Positions 16,935 to 26,448 of a stretch of 32,000 nt of DNA are shown here, in pieces. Both the position numbers and the translations under genes were made by a program. The DNA is from Nostoc punctiforme PCC 73102 (GTDB lineage: Bacteria > Cyanobacteriota > Cyanobacteriia > Cyanobacteriales > Nostocaceae): positions 4,110,001-4,142,000 of the forward strand of contig NC_010628.1 in the NCBI RefSeq assembly GCF_000020025.1, given 5' to 3'. The notes under the pieces are model-generated. The model saw only the letters and a program-made list of their open reading frames with translations, had not been told where the DNA came from and ran no database searches. Numbering within the stretch: position 1 is the stretch's first letter; the number at the start of each line of letters is the position of its first letter.

Positions 16935-19250
16935 TTAACTGGCTTGAGGAATTCTCAGTTTCTCCATACTCCAAGGGTCTTGTTTTTCCTCTCCCAGGTA
17001 AATATTTACAGATTTAATTTCTTCTTGCAATTGATTGGTTGCCAGTTGTTCTGCGTTTTCCTTAAACTCTTCTTGCATTGCCTCTTTCAAATCATTTAGT
17101 TCCAGACCAAGTTGCTGACTACCACGAGTAGCAATCTGCCGTTTCAAAGCTATCTTCTTGCCTCGAGAAACAATGCTCACTAAAACTGCTCCACTAATGA
17201 AAATGCTGAGAGGAAATTTGTAATACTTCCCTGCTTTTGTTACCGCTTCTAAGTAACTATTAACTGAAAAGAGGAATTCTACTGTATCTACAATTATTTC
17301 CTCTGCTAGCTGCTCTCGTAGTGCTACTTCCTCAATAAATTTTCTGACTTGCTCATCTGCACATAAATTAATTAAATTCTGGCTTTCTTGCTTTGCCTTA
17401 CGAACATCAAATTTATGAGGAATTGCGGCAATTATTTGGTCTAGTAATCTAGTCAGATTTTCACCCAACTTGTTGAGTGTTTTTTGCACAACATGAGGTT
17501 TAAAGGTCAAAACCGGAACAGTAGAAACTGTTGAATCGGTAAAGTTTGTTAAACCGTAGGGCTGTAGTGGCAAATCAGGTGTTAAGTGAAGCGCCAAAAT
17601 TGCTATTGCTGAATCACGCGAAGGCAGATCAATCTTAATTTTAATATCTAAGCGTCCAGGTCGTTGAATAGCTGGATCAATCATGTCTGGTCGGTTACTA
17701 GCTCCGATAATCACTATATTTTCTGTGGCTTCAACTCCATCCATCTCAGCCAAAAATTGAGGCACAATAGTTGTTTCTACATCAGATGAACGTCCTGAAC
17801 CCCTAGTGCGAAACATTGCCTCCATTTCATCAAAAAAGATAACTACTGGCGTATAGAAAGTAGCACGGCGTTTTGCTTCTGCAAATATTTTGCGGATGCG
17901 GTTTTCTGTTTCACCAACATACTTGTTGAGAAGTTCTGGTCCTTTGACATTTAAGAAAAAACTGCGGATTCCATCCTCACGTCGTAGGATATTCTGAATT
18001 CGTTCTAAAGAGTTATTGATATCTTCCAAATCGATATTACTCAGGCGTAAATCTGCTACTAATTGCTGCTGTGTCTCCTCTGGAGAAATATTGTTTTGGA
18101 TCAGAGCAACGGTTTCTGGCGATCGAGAATTATTGGCGAGTTGTTGATAAGCAACTAGAGCATCCTGATTATCAGGATTTTTGCTGAGTTCTTGATAGAG
18201 AATAATTTTTTGTTCTACCTCCTGAAGATGGCTGCGGATGCTTTGCGTCAAACTATTAGCTACTGCCTTGGCAATCATGGTTTTACCACAGCCAGGAGGT
18301 CCATATAATAAAATTCCTTTGGGACGGACAAGTTGATATTCCTCAAACAACTTTTGGTAGACGTAGGGTAGTTCGATCGCATCCTTAATTGCTTCTGTCT
18401 GATCATCTAGTCCCCCGATGTCTTCGTAAGTAACATCTGGCACTTCTTCCAAAGTTAAGCCGCCAGTTTGATAGCTTGGCAGTTTTTCAAAAGCAAACTG
18501 TAGCCTTGTATCTACCCGGATCAAGTCCCCAATTTCTACACCTTCTTGAAAAAGACGATCGCTAATTTCTACGACAATACCGTCATTCCCACCACTACGA
18601 ATATGTAGGCGAGGCTTAACTTTAGCTATTGCCAATGTCTGACTTTCATCAAGTTGTACTATGTTTCCTGGATGCAGGGACTTACGCAAAGATAGCGCAC
18701 AATTAACCTCAAACTTATTACCATCTAGCGACTGTACTCGCACTGGCTTATCATCTGTGGGAACATTCATCACTCTGGCTGTGCCAACCGGACTAATCAC
18801 GTTAACGACTTCTGCCGTTTCCCCACGCATAACCTGTTCATTGTCTACCCCTACAACGTTTAAAACTTTGTTCAAAATTAGTTGTTGGCCTTCAGATAGT
18901 ACTTCTACCGGAACCTCTTCCGTAGCCAGTTTGACTTCAAATCTTTGTCCACGCACACCAACAACTATCTCACGTTCATTTTCGCTACTAAATTGAGTAG
19001 ATCTAGTTGGGCATTTACCGAGAAAGACCCCATATTCCAAAGGAGGTTCTATTAATTCGGCGCTCTGTTTTTGCAATTCGTCAATTTTTGACTTCAAACG
19101 GGGAAACTCTTCTAGTGGTGTTCGGATTTTATCCAAAAACTGTTGGAGTTTTATCAGTGAACTACGCTCTTCTGGCAGACTATTATTTTTGATTATCTGT
19201 AAAATAAGAGTTTTCCAACTGTCAAGGTTCTGTAAATCAATATCGTCCAT
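16935..19250 (-). CDS. Mpa/ARC-like (proteasomal-ATPase-type) AAA+ ATPase: coiled coil, OB region, one AAA module, C-terminal domain
   Basis: Recalled from memory, Mycobacterium Mpa contains [76 protein letters not shown] and RPGRLDVKIKIERP. This ORF has [76 protein letters not shown] and [14 protein letters not shown]. The start is placed at ATG 19250; the ORF-track start at 19271 is a TTG that overlaps the IS terminus. Confidence 0.85.
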   Translation of the reverse strand: [771 protein letters not shown]

Positions 19251-19286
19251 TTGTGAACTCGCTGACTTCAAGGGGCGACAATGGAG

Positions 19287-20093
19287 CTAAAGTGCTTTCT
19301 GTATAAGCTTCATAGCCCTTAAACCCCTGAGATAAAAGCTCTGCTTATTGCGAATGGAAGCGACCAGTTCCTCAACCCATGCTTGACATTCATTCCAAGC
19401 GACTATCCAATTTTGACCATATAAACCTATCCAAAAATTACTATGTCGTTTAGAAGTTCGACTTTTTTCTTGAGTGCGACAAATATAAGATTCTTGTTTT
19501 TGCAATTTAGTTCTTTGTCCGTGTAACCAAGCACTTGTCATGGCTAAAGCAATTAAGAAAATTAAACGCACAAGTCTATCAGGATTAGCTTTAGAACCTT
19601 CGAGATTATAACCACCTGTTTTACAATCACGGAACATAGCTTCAATGCCGAAACGCGCTCCGTAGATTTGAGCAGCAGTTTCTAAATCAGGCAGATTAGT
19701 TAATAAATACCAAGGTTCTGGTTCCTGTTTATTGCGATATTTTCTTTTCCAATATACTGCTAAATTAAATCTGCCAAACCCTCGTTTTTGAGTCAAATTG
19801 ATACCCAAATAAAACTGGCGGATTCCTGGATAAATATCAATGCTGCTTCAAGGCTGAAATTTTTGTCTTTTCTCTCGGAAGGTTGTGTCCTTTTTTTGAC
19901 GGAATACAAAGCTGAGATTCTTCCTGTGTAACCACTCCGCTAATTCTATACTATGAAACTCTCTATCGCCAATAATCACTATTTTGTAATTTTTTAACAA
20001 GCGAATCACTGGGCGTAAAACTTTTTGTTGCTCTTGGAAGTTACTGCAACCATCTTTTTCTAACAAGCACCAATATACCTGAAGGGGCGACAT
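19287..20093 (-). pseudogene. IS4-family transposase pseudogene: 5'-truncated copy with an internal in-frame TGA (19848..19850)
   Basis: ORFs 19848..20093 and 19287..19808 are in the same frame. They align with residues ~115-382 of the intact neighbour (DREF, FGIEAMFRDCKTGGYNLE, RHSNFWIGLYGQNW). The first ~5 codons of the upstream ORF derive from the terminus of the adjacent IS. Confidence 0.8.
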
Positions 20094-21285
20094 GAAGCCT
20101 ATAAAGCTGACTGTATAAGCTTCATAGCTCTCATCCCTTGTAAATAATTCTCTAGTTTATGACGACTTAATCGCATTAAATCTTGAACTAAACTCCAACA
20201 ATCACCAATGAAATTAACCCAGTTCTGTGCATAAAGACCGATATAAAAGTTACTATGCCTTCTGTGAGAACGTCCATATTCTTTGGGACGTGCCACATAT
20301 TTTGCAATTCCTTTACTCTTAATATTCTGACCTTGTAATGTAGCAATAGTGTAAACTAATGAGATGATTAAAACTAAAGCAATAAACCGCTTACCTTCCA
20401 CATTTGTCTTCTCTAAATTGTAACCGCCACTTTTAAAATCTCTAAACATCTCTTCTATATCAAAGCGCTTTTGATATGCCGGAATCGCCGTTATTTTACT
20501 ATTCATGTTAGTTAAAATAAACCATCCTTCTTTGGCTTTGTTTTGACGGTAATTCTTTTTCCATTTGCAAGCCACATTAAATCCCTTCACTTGTTTAGTT
20601 TTTGTTAGCGTTGCATCTGATACAAAAAAAGATGTTCCTGGTTTTAAACCTAAATCTTTTATTTCGCACCATAAATGAGCTTTCAACTCAATATTCTCAT
20701 TTTTCTTGAGTCTCAAACAAAACTCAAACCCTTGTTCATCAAGCCATTCCGCCAAGCTCACTGAACAAAACTCTCTATCTCCTAACACTACCGTTTTATA
20801 GTTTTTAAATAAGGGAATTATCTTTGATAATGCCTTAGTTTGTTCTGATAAGTTACTACTACCTAATTTTGCTAAAAGCTTAAAGTATATCGGTATAGCT
20901 CTTTTTTGAAAAATTACACTAATCATTAGTAGATTTTTTCTTTTCCAATTCGTCCTATCAATTGCTAAATAGATTCGGTGATTTCCGAGGAAAGTTTGAG
21001 CTAACCATCGTTCAATTATGGGAAACCATAATTCTTCTATATTCAATATTGGTAATGATAGAAACCTTTGTAACTTCTTCCGTCTCGACTGGCATTGAAT
21101 GAATAATGGTCGCGACTCTGATATTTTCTCTAGTTTCACATCTTTGATATTTTGTACTACGTTAATCACCAGCGTCAGAAATATTAATTCGGACTGTGAA
21201 AGTAAACTTTGTAGATGCTTCTGGTATAATTCAGGTAACATTTTCAACAGATAGGTCTTATTGACAATACTGACCTATCTTTTTT
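20082..21285 (-). mobile_element. IS4-family insertion sequence (intact transposase); right end defined, left end approximate
   Basis: The 11-mer AAGGGGCGACA lies exactly 6 nt beyond the transposase stop in both IS copies (20082..20092 and 19270..19280), which marks the shared terminus. No convincing matching inverted repeat was found at the other end. Confidence 0.5.
20099..21241 (-). CDS. IS4-family DDE transposase
   Basis: DREF block, and the exact IS4 Y(2)R(3)E(6)K signature in AYQKRFDIEEMFRDFK. The start is placed at ATG 21241 (MLPELYQKH...). Confidence 0.85.
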   Translation of the reverse strand: MLPELYQKHLQSLLSQSELIFLTLVINVVQNIKDVKLEKISESRPLFIQCQSRRKKLQRFLSLPILNIEELWFPIIERWLAQTFLGNHRIYLAIDRTNWKRKNLLMISVIFQKRAIPIYFKLLAKLGSSNLSEQTKALSKIIPLFKNYKTVVLGDREFCSVSLAEWLDEQGFEFCLRLKKNENIELKAHLWCEIKDLGLKPGTSFFVSDATLTKTKQVKGFNVACKWKKNYRQNKAKEGWFILTNMNSKITAIPAYQKRFDIEEMFRDFKSGGYNLEKTNVEGKRFIALVLIISLVYTIATLQGQNIKSKGIAKYVARPKEYGRSHRRHSNFYIGLYAQNWVNFIGDCWSLVQDLMRLSRHKLENYLQGMRAMKLIQSAL

Positions 21286-21298
21286 TACCATAATTCGC

Positions 21299-21670
21299 TC
21301 AACTTAATACAGCACAAAGGCTTTCGGGTGCTTGTCCCCCCTTCAGATATTGACCTTCTATTAATAGATCGGGCATGAACACAATATTAGTTTCTTGATT
21401 GCTTTTTATACTTTGGCTGGTTAAATCTACCTTTTCCCATTTATACGCACCAGGGGCAGATTCATCAGGTACAAGATTGTAAATGTCTTTACCAACTTCA
21501 ATTGCGATTTTACTTGCTTCTTGAGCTTCTTTGAGTTTTTCGAGAATTACTTTAGTTATCTTAGTAAGTGCATTGATGAGGGTTTTACTTAATTCCCGAC
21601 TTGTTTTAATTGCAGTATCGGCTGTATTTAAATATGATTCATTAATTTGAGTGTGTCTGGAGTCAAACAT
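21299..21670 (-). CDS. Hypothetical protein, last gene of the T4SS operon before the IS block
   Basis: An ORF of 123 aa on the operon strand. No family was recognised. Its 3' end is about 15-50 nt from the IS, so truncation cannot be excluded. Confidence 0.4.
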   Translation of the reverse strand: MFDSRHTQINESYLNTADTAIKTSRELSKTLINALTKITKVILEKLKEAQEASKIAIEVGKDIYNLVPDESAPGAYKWEKVDLTSQSIKSNQETNIVFMPDLLIEGQYLKGGQAPESLCAVLS

Positions 21671-21756
21671 ATATTAATTGTGGTGAAAATAATCTATCAA
21701 CTCTAACAGTCTGATTATGCTTTACAAAAACCAGTTGACTATCAAACTTAAAGTTT

Positions 21757-23625
21757 TTAGAAAAAGCTCTTGTATGCATCAACAGGTAACGGTGCATTGC
21801 CTGCTTGTACGGGTGCTTGTGGGATAGGAAACTTCCGATCTACTTCCTTGACTCGCAAATCTAAATCTTCCTGTGTGGGCTTTTTCTGGGTACTTTTCCT
21901 AGCAAGCTCCTTAATGACTTTATCCCACTTAGTATCGTTTTCTTGTTCGAGTTCGATAATATATTTCGGGATTTTGATATTTTTTAAGATTGGTACTGAA
22001 CCCTCATTTTTATTACTATAAGCTGGGTTAATAAATAGACATTTACCAGGTGGTAATTTTAGGAATTGGGCAGGCTCAAGTAGCTTCCGAGTCCGTTCTT
22101 GTTCGCTGATAGATGTGCTGGCTTTACCCCCTCCAGTTGAGCGAGATTTTTGTTTATATTTAATTTCCTCTTCACCTAAATATGCAGAAAATAATCTAGC
22201 AGATTCTTCTTCACCAGGATTAAAAACAAATTTTGTGCCGCACGCACCGAGGATGGCTTTAGAGATTTCTTTACCATAAATCTTTTCAAGCTGACCCATA
22301 TTTTGCCAACCCAGGATACCGCAGAATCCTTCGGAACGAGATTCGTTAAGCCATTTAAATAAATCTGGAAGGAAGATACTTGGCAACTCGTCAAGACATA
22401 CTACTAATGGGCCATCTTCCTTGCCTTTTTTGGCGATACTGCGGGAAACTACCATGTGGAGAATGCTGGTCATCAGGGGGCTGACAGCATCGCGGCGTTC
22501 GCGGTCTAACCCGAAGATAATCATCTGTTTGCGTTTTACCTCCAGGGGAAGGGTTGTTTTACCGACAAAGCATCCCAATGTACCCCTTGCCATGAACCGG
22601 GTGAACATCAATGAAGCGCTACCAGCGATACCCGCCACGGTTTTTTCGGAGCCAGCCGAACTAAATAATTGACCAAAAGCTATCTTAATCCAGGGGTTTA
22701 ATGCTGCTGCCATCAAGCGTTCGACCATCTTCTCGCTGGAAAGTATTGCCGCAGCTGTCATAATATCAGCGCGGTCGCCAAACTCCTTGGTTAACATTAA
22801 GATAGCCTGCGTCAGCTGATCGCCCGCAGGGCCAAAGAATGCATCCTCAGACGCATTACCTAACAGGCGGAAGTTCTTGTTAATAACCGTAGCTAACTGC
22901 CGTGCGGTTTCAGCATCAGAGGAATCGCGCAAGAAATCGATGGGATTACATACCTCCGATTCGGGAAATCCCGGTGCAAAGATATGTACGTCATACCCCT
23001 TTGATTTGGCATAACTGGCGATTTTGGCAAGACTTGCATACTTGAAGTCATATAGTACGATACCAAAACCTTGGTCAATTGCTGAGTAAATCATCGGGTT
23101 GATAGCCGAGAATGATTTACCGCTACCAGGTGCGCCAATTACAGCAGTTCCGCGTTGGACATCAGGTACATAAACTGGAACTCCCCCACTCCCCTTGGGT
23201 GATTTTTGACCCTTGTATTTGTGTATCCCGATATACAGACTAGCACTATCACACTTAGGAGCTAAGATTTGCTTCAAGGCTTTTTTCTTAGCTTGGGCGG
23301 TTTCCTTTGCTCCACCCCAATAGCTAGTAGCAAGCTTGCCTTTTTTACCATTACTAAAAAGCTGTAAAAGCAACAATAAGCCAATTCCACCCGCAAGTGC
23401 CAAACCTTGAGGTGACATGAGCTTATCTGTATATTTACTAAAGTCAGTATTGCTATTTTTATGAGTAGCTTTTACTTCTCTAACAGTCTTAGTTTTAGCA
23501 GTTAAAAACAGATAATTATTCATATTAATCTGTGTTAATTTGGCATGAGGAAATCGAAGAAATATGCGATGAAGTGAAGCTGCATATTTCTCCGTTATTT
23601 GTGTGGTGTGTCCTCTCCAAGTCAA
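21757..23625 (-). CDS. Type IV secretion coupling protein (VirD4/TraG/TraD-like T4CP)
   Basis: N-terminal TM segment (LALAGGIGLLLLLQLF), Walker A (GAPGSGKSF) and Walker B-like (LVVCLDELPSIF). The true start is uncertain; an ATG at 23523 (MNNYLF...) is plausible. Confidence 0.85.
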   Translation of the reverse strand: MTWRGHTTQITEKYAASLHRIFLRFPHAKLTQINMNNYLFLTAKTKTVREVKATHKNSNTDFSKYTDKLMSPQGLALAGGIGLLLLLQLFSNGKKGKLATSYWGGAKETAQAKKKALKQILAPKCDSASLYIGIHKYKGQKSPKGSGGVPVYVPDVQRGTAVIGAPGSGKSFSAINPMIYSAIDQGFGIVLYDFKYASLAKIASYAKSKGYDVHIFAPGFPESEVCNPIDFLRDSSDAETARQLATVINKNFRLLGNASEDAFFGPAGDQLTQAILMLTKEFGDRADIMTAAAILSSEKMVERLMAAALNPWIKIAFGQLFSSAGSEKTVAGIAGSASLMFTRFMARGTLGCFVGKTTLPLEVKRKQMIIFGLDRERRDAVSPLMTSILHMVVSRSIAKKGKEDGPLVVCLDELPSIFLPDLFKWLNESRSEGFCGILGWQNMGQLEKIYGKEISKAILGACGTKFVFNPGEEESARLFSAYLGEEEIKYKQKSRSTGGGKASTSISEQERTRKLLEPAQFLKLPPGKCLFINPAYSNKNEGSVPILKNIKIPKYIIELEQENDTKWDKVIKELARKSTQKKPTQEDLDLRVKEVDRKFPIPQAPVQAGNAPLPVDAYKSFF

Positions 23626-23661
23626 AAGTTAAAGAGGATAAATTCTTCTATGATTGCCTTT

Positions 23662-25074
23662 TTACTTTTTAGGGACTGTGAGAGGTGTACCAAGAATAAT
23701 TGGGTCTATTTCGCGGTAGGTGAAGAAGGGAACAGGGCCAATGAAGTAGGGCGAGCAGCCCAAGTCAACCCATCCTCGCTTGCAAATACGGAAGAACATC
23801 GCGGTGGTGATACTGCCGTCAGCTTCGTTAATATCCCAGATGACTTGTTTAAATGATTTCCCAAAGGGATGACGGCCTGTGGGTTCTTTCCCACCGTTGA
23901 GGCTGCCCAAGATGCCGAATCCGCCTTTAACGTTTTGGTCTTTGCCGGACATCCACTGTGCGCCAGTAACGGTATCGCTACCCGAAACTTCGATGTGACC
24001 GCACTTTTTCTCGCACGGAACATTAAACTCAGCTTGATAGCTACCGCTTATTGACTTCCAGCGTCCGCTTTCAAGCGAACCGAGGGGTAAGTCTACTTTG
24101 CCGATAAAGCTAACATCGGGAATTGGTACACTGGGGAACTGGTCAAATGGAACATCAGCCAATCCCGGAACCTTACTAATTGTTGTGTTTTGCCAGTTAG
24201 TAAAGTCCTTTAGCTGTGCATCCTCAATACCGGGGATGCTGGTTAGTTTATACTTATCGAGTTTGACGTACTTACCGAGTTCCACTTCTCCCAGTTCGGG
24301 ATAATTGTCTAGCACTTCACCAACAGTTTGGTAGCTTGCGGTGCTGCCTGTTACTTTGGTCACTAGTTCTTTAATTGGTGGGATGGCTCCAACTTCTGAA
24401 TCTTCAAGCTTGGGAATTGCTTCGGTGAGGTCTTCGAGTGTTTGCCACTCTAGTGTCTCAAAATCTGACAGTTTGAGATTTTTGAGTTGAACGCCCGTGA
24501 TGTTGGCGATATCTTCAAGCGTGAAATCTTCAATATTGAACTCAGTTGCTTCAAAATCACCTAATTCCATGACTTCGGAAAGGCTTTGTCCTGCGCTCCA
24601 GGTGCGTGTCTCCTTCATCCCAGGGTTTTTGATATTAGGAAATTCGGCGCTGCCAGCACCGCCAAATTTCATATTTTTGAACGTGATACTACTCCAGTCA
24701 GGAGTAGGTGCGCCGTTGACGTATTTAGTTGCAACGGGCTGTGGCTGTTTGGTTTGTTTTGTTTTATCTATCGAAGTGTTCAAATTTGAATACTTCGATG
24801 GAACTGTTTGAGCTACTGCTTTCTCACCGAATAGGAGACTGCCGATATTGTAGCTACCTCCAAACCGGATTAACCCGTGTAGGGCAAGTCCTGCAATAAG
24901 TCCTGCAACCATCAGGTAGCGTAAGTTATTAAATTTTTCCATCCGATACTCAAGCGCTCGGTTGGTTTTGTTGTGAGTGGTTTCTTGACTTGCAGCTCTC
25001 ACTGGTACAATCGCAGTTACCTCGGTTGTGGTATCTAAAATTTGGTTGTTAGAGGTCAGATTTTCGTTATACAT
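23662..25074 (-). CDS. Membrane-anchored T4SS-operon protein of unknown function (470 aa)
   Basis: It has a single N-terminal TM (YLMVAGLIAGLALHGLI), an acidic repeat-like middle and a Cys-containing C-terminal domain. No family was recognised. Confidence 0.5.
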   Translation of the reverse strand: MYNENLTSNNQILDTTTEVTAIVPVRAASQETTHNKTNRALEYRMEKFNNLRYLMVAGLIAGLALHGLIRFGGSYNIGSLLFGEKAVAQTVPSKYSNLNTSIDKTKQTKQPQPVATKYVNGAPTPDWSSITFKNMKFGGAGSAEFPNIKNPGMKETRTWSAGQSLSEVMELGDFEATEFNIEDFTLEDIANITGVQLKNLKLSDFETLEWQTLEDLTEAIPKLEDSEVGAIPPIKELVTKVTGSTASYQTVGEVLDNYPELGEVELGKYVKLDKYKLTSIPGIEDAQLKDFTNWQNTTISKVPGLADVPFDQFPSVPIPDVSFIGKVDLPLGSLESGRWKSISGSYQAEFNVPCEKKCGHIEVSGSDTVTGAQWMSGKDQNVKGGFGILGSLNGGKEPTGRHPFGKSFKQVIWDINEADGSITTAMFFRICKRGWVDLGCSPYFIGPVPFFTYREIDPIILGTPLTVPKK

Positions 25075-25255
25075 CACTGTTATTTAAAAATTATTGATTC
25101 AAGAGAAAGTTTGTTTTATCTGTAGTTGGTGTTATTAGAGGGTTATTGCGCTGTGGTGGTATTTCTAAGAAGCGCTTTCCACCCAGCAGCATGAGTTTTT
25201 CAACCAACTGCATTGATACTCCGGTGCTGCTGGCGGCGACAACAAGTTCCTCTCC

Positions 25256-25924
25256 TTACGATCGCAACTCAACAAGTTGGTTCAGACGCTTCCAAAGCTT
25301 GCTATCTGTAGTAACCCACTGATTTTTAAGGGCAACTTGCATTCCTTTAGCGATATGTCTGCTATCAGATAATGCCGTGTAACTGACCTTTGGTTTTACT
25401 TCTTCAGGTTTGCTGGGAGTATCGCCAATAATTTCAATTTGGCTGTACTCTGGTGTGCCACTGCCCGCTAGAATCCGAAAGTGATAGCTTTTCCTTGTTG
25501 ACCCAGATTCGGTAATCACCGTCATGTGCGCCCCGTAAGAAGCTTGTGGTAAACCGGGGATTTTGACTGTCTCGATGCGGCGAATGTGAATTAGTCCAGC
25601 ACCCGTACTGTTGCTAGAACACTTACCCAAGCCTTCAAGACATCCGTCTACATCAAAAACAAACCTAGATGGGTCATCTAGCCAGATTTTCTTGATGATT
25701 TCTCTGGTGTTGTAGAACGATATTGATACCCCATGTCCAGGCCAGACCTTAACTGTCTGCAATTGGGCATTTTCCCCTGACACCTGGGACGCTGCAACTT
25801 GACGGATAGTATTTGCCAATACAAGTTGGCTTGGTGCAAGCACGGAGGCAATGGTGAGGCACCCGCCAAAGGCGATCGCGCAGGGCATCATTAAACTAAA
25901 GTCGGCTATATATCTGAATTTCAC
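25256..25924 (-). CDS. VirB9/TrbG-like periplasmic T4SS component (tentative)
   Basis: It has a signal-peptide-like N-terminus (MMPCAIAFGGCLTIASVLAPSQLVLA). The beta-sandwich pattern VKVWPGHGVSISFYNTREIIKKIWLDDPSRFVFDVDG...YHFRIL resembles the VirB9 N-domain. Its GTG start overlaps the upstream stop (GTGA). Confidence 0.5.
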   Translation of the reverse strand: MKFRYIADFSLMMPCAIAFGGCLTIASVLAPSQLVLANTIRQVAASQVSGENAQLQTVKVWPGHGVSISFYNTREIIKKIWLDDPSRFVFDVDGCLEGLGKCSSNSTGAGLIHIRRIETVKIPGLPQASYGAHMTVITESGSTRKSYHFRILAGSGTPEYSQIEIIGDTPSKPEEVKPKVSYTALSDSRHIAKGMQVALKNQWVTTDSKLWKRLNQLVELRS

Positions 25925-26448
25925 AGTTTGATTGACCTATCGACTTTGATTGTGATTTTGGTGTCTTTAGGCACATACCAGACATTGGGACGGCGGTTGA
26001 TTTCGTCGGTGGCACGTTCTGTCCGCTTGCTGACTGTTTCGCCAAGTTTGCCAAAGGCACCTTCAATAAAGGCAGCTCCCAGGTTGCGGTTGTTATTGCG
26101 GCTGCGGGTTCTTGTCCCACCTAAAGGCAAATCTTCTGTGACTTCTTCATCCGGCTGGTTGATAATTTCCCCTACCTTGGCAAGACCAGCTATTGTCCCC
26201 AAGGTGGCATCATACTTGGCAATTTCAGATCCCTTGTTGTCGTAGGGTCTGGCGGCTAGGGGGGAACCTGCTTCTCCCAGGACTGATATCGTTCCGGGTG
26301 ATATGGGGTATTCAGTTCCGTCTTTGAGAATAGCCGTGACTTCGGCACGCACGCCTGATGTGCTATCAACCGAAATCATGGCGATAGTTACCTGCGATCC
26401 CTGCTCAATGGTAAAGTTGTGTGGTGGCAGATAACCTCGATCATCCAC
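25921..26448 (-). CDS. VirB10/TrbI C-terminal-domain-like protein, lacking the usual N-terminal TM/Pro-rich region (tentative)
   Basis: The C-terminal RPNVWYVPKDTKITIKVDRSIKL resembles the VirB10 terminal strand pattern (PTI.V..G..V.I.V..DL). It has a GTG start, and an in-frame stop lies 9 codons upstream. Confidence 0.5.
   Translation of the reverse strand: MDDRGYLPPHNFTIEQGSQVTIAMISVDSTSGVRAEVTAILKDGTEYPISPGTISVLGEAGSPLAARPYDNKGSEIAKYDATLGTIAGLAKVGEIINQPDEEVTEDLPLGGTRTRSRNNNRNLGAAFIEGAFGKLGETVSKRTERATDEINRRPNVWYVPKDTKITIKVDRSIKL

Noticed and set aside
21271-21281. TGACCTATCTT as the left inverted repeat of the intact IS4-family copy
   Set aside because: Only 6 of 11 positions match the right terminus (TGTCGCCCCTT), so the left boundary is left unresolved.
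25088-25213. 41-aa ORF (MQLVEKLMLLGGKRFLEIPPQRNNPL...) in the only sizeable gap of the T4SS operon
   Set aside because: It has no TM segment, lipobox or good ribosome-binding site, and it is too short to support without comparative data.
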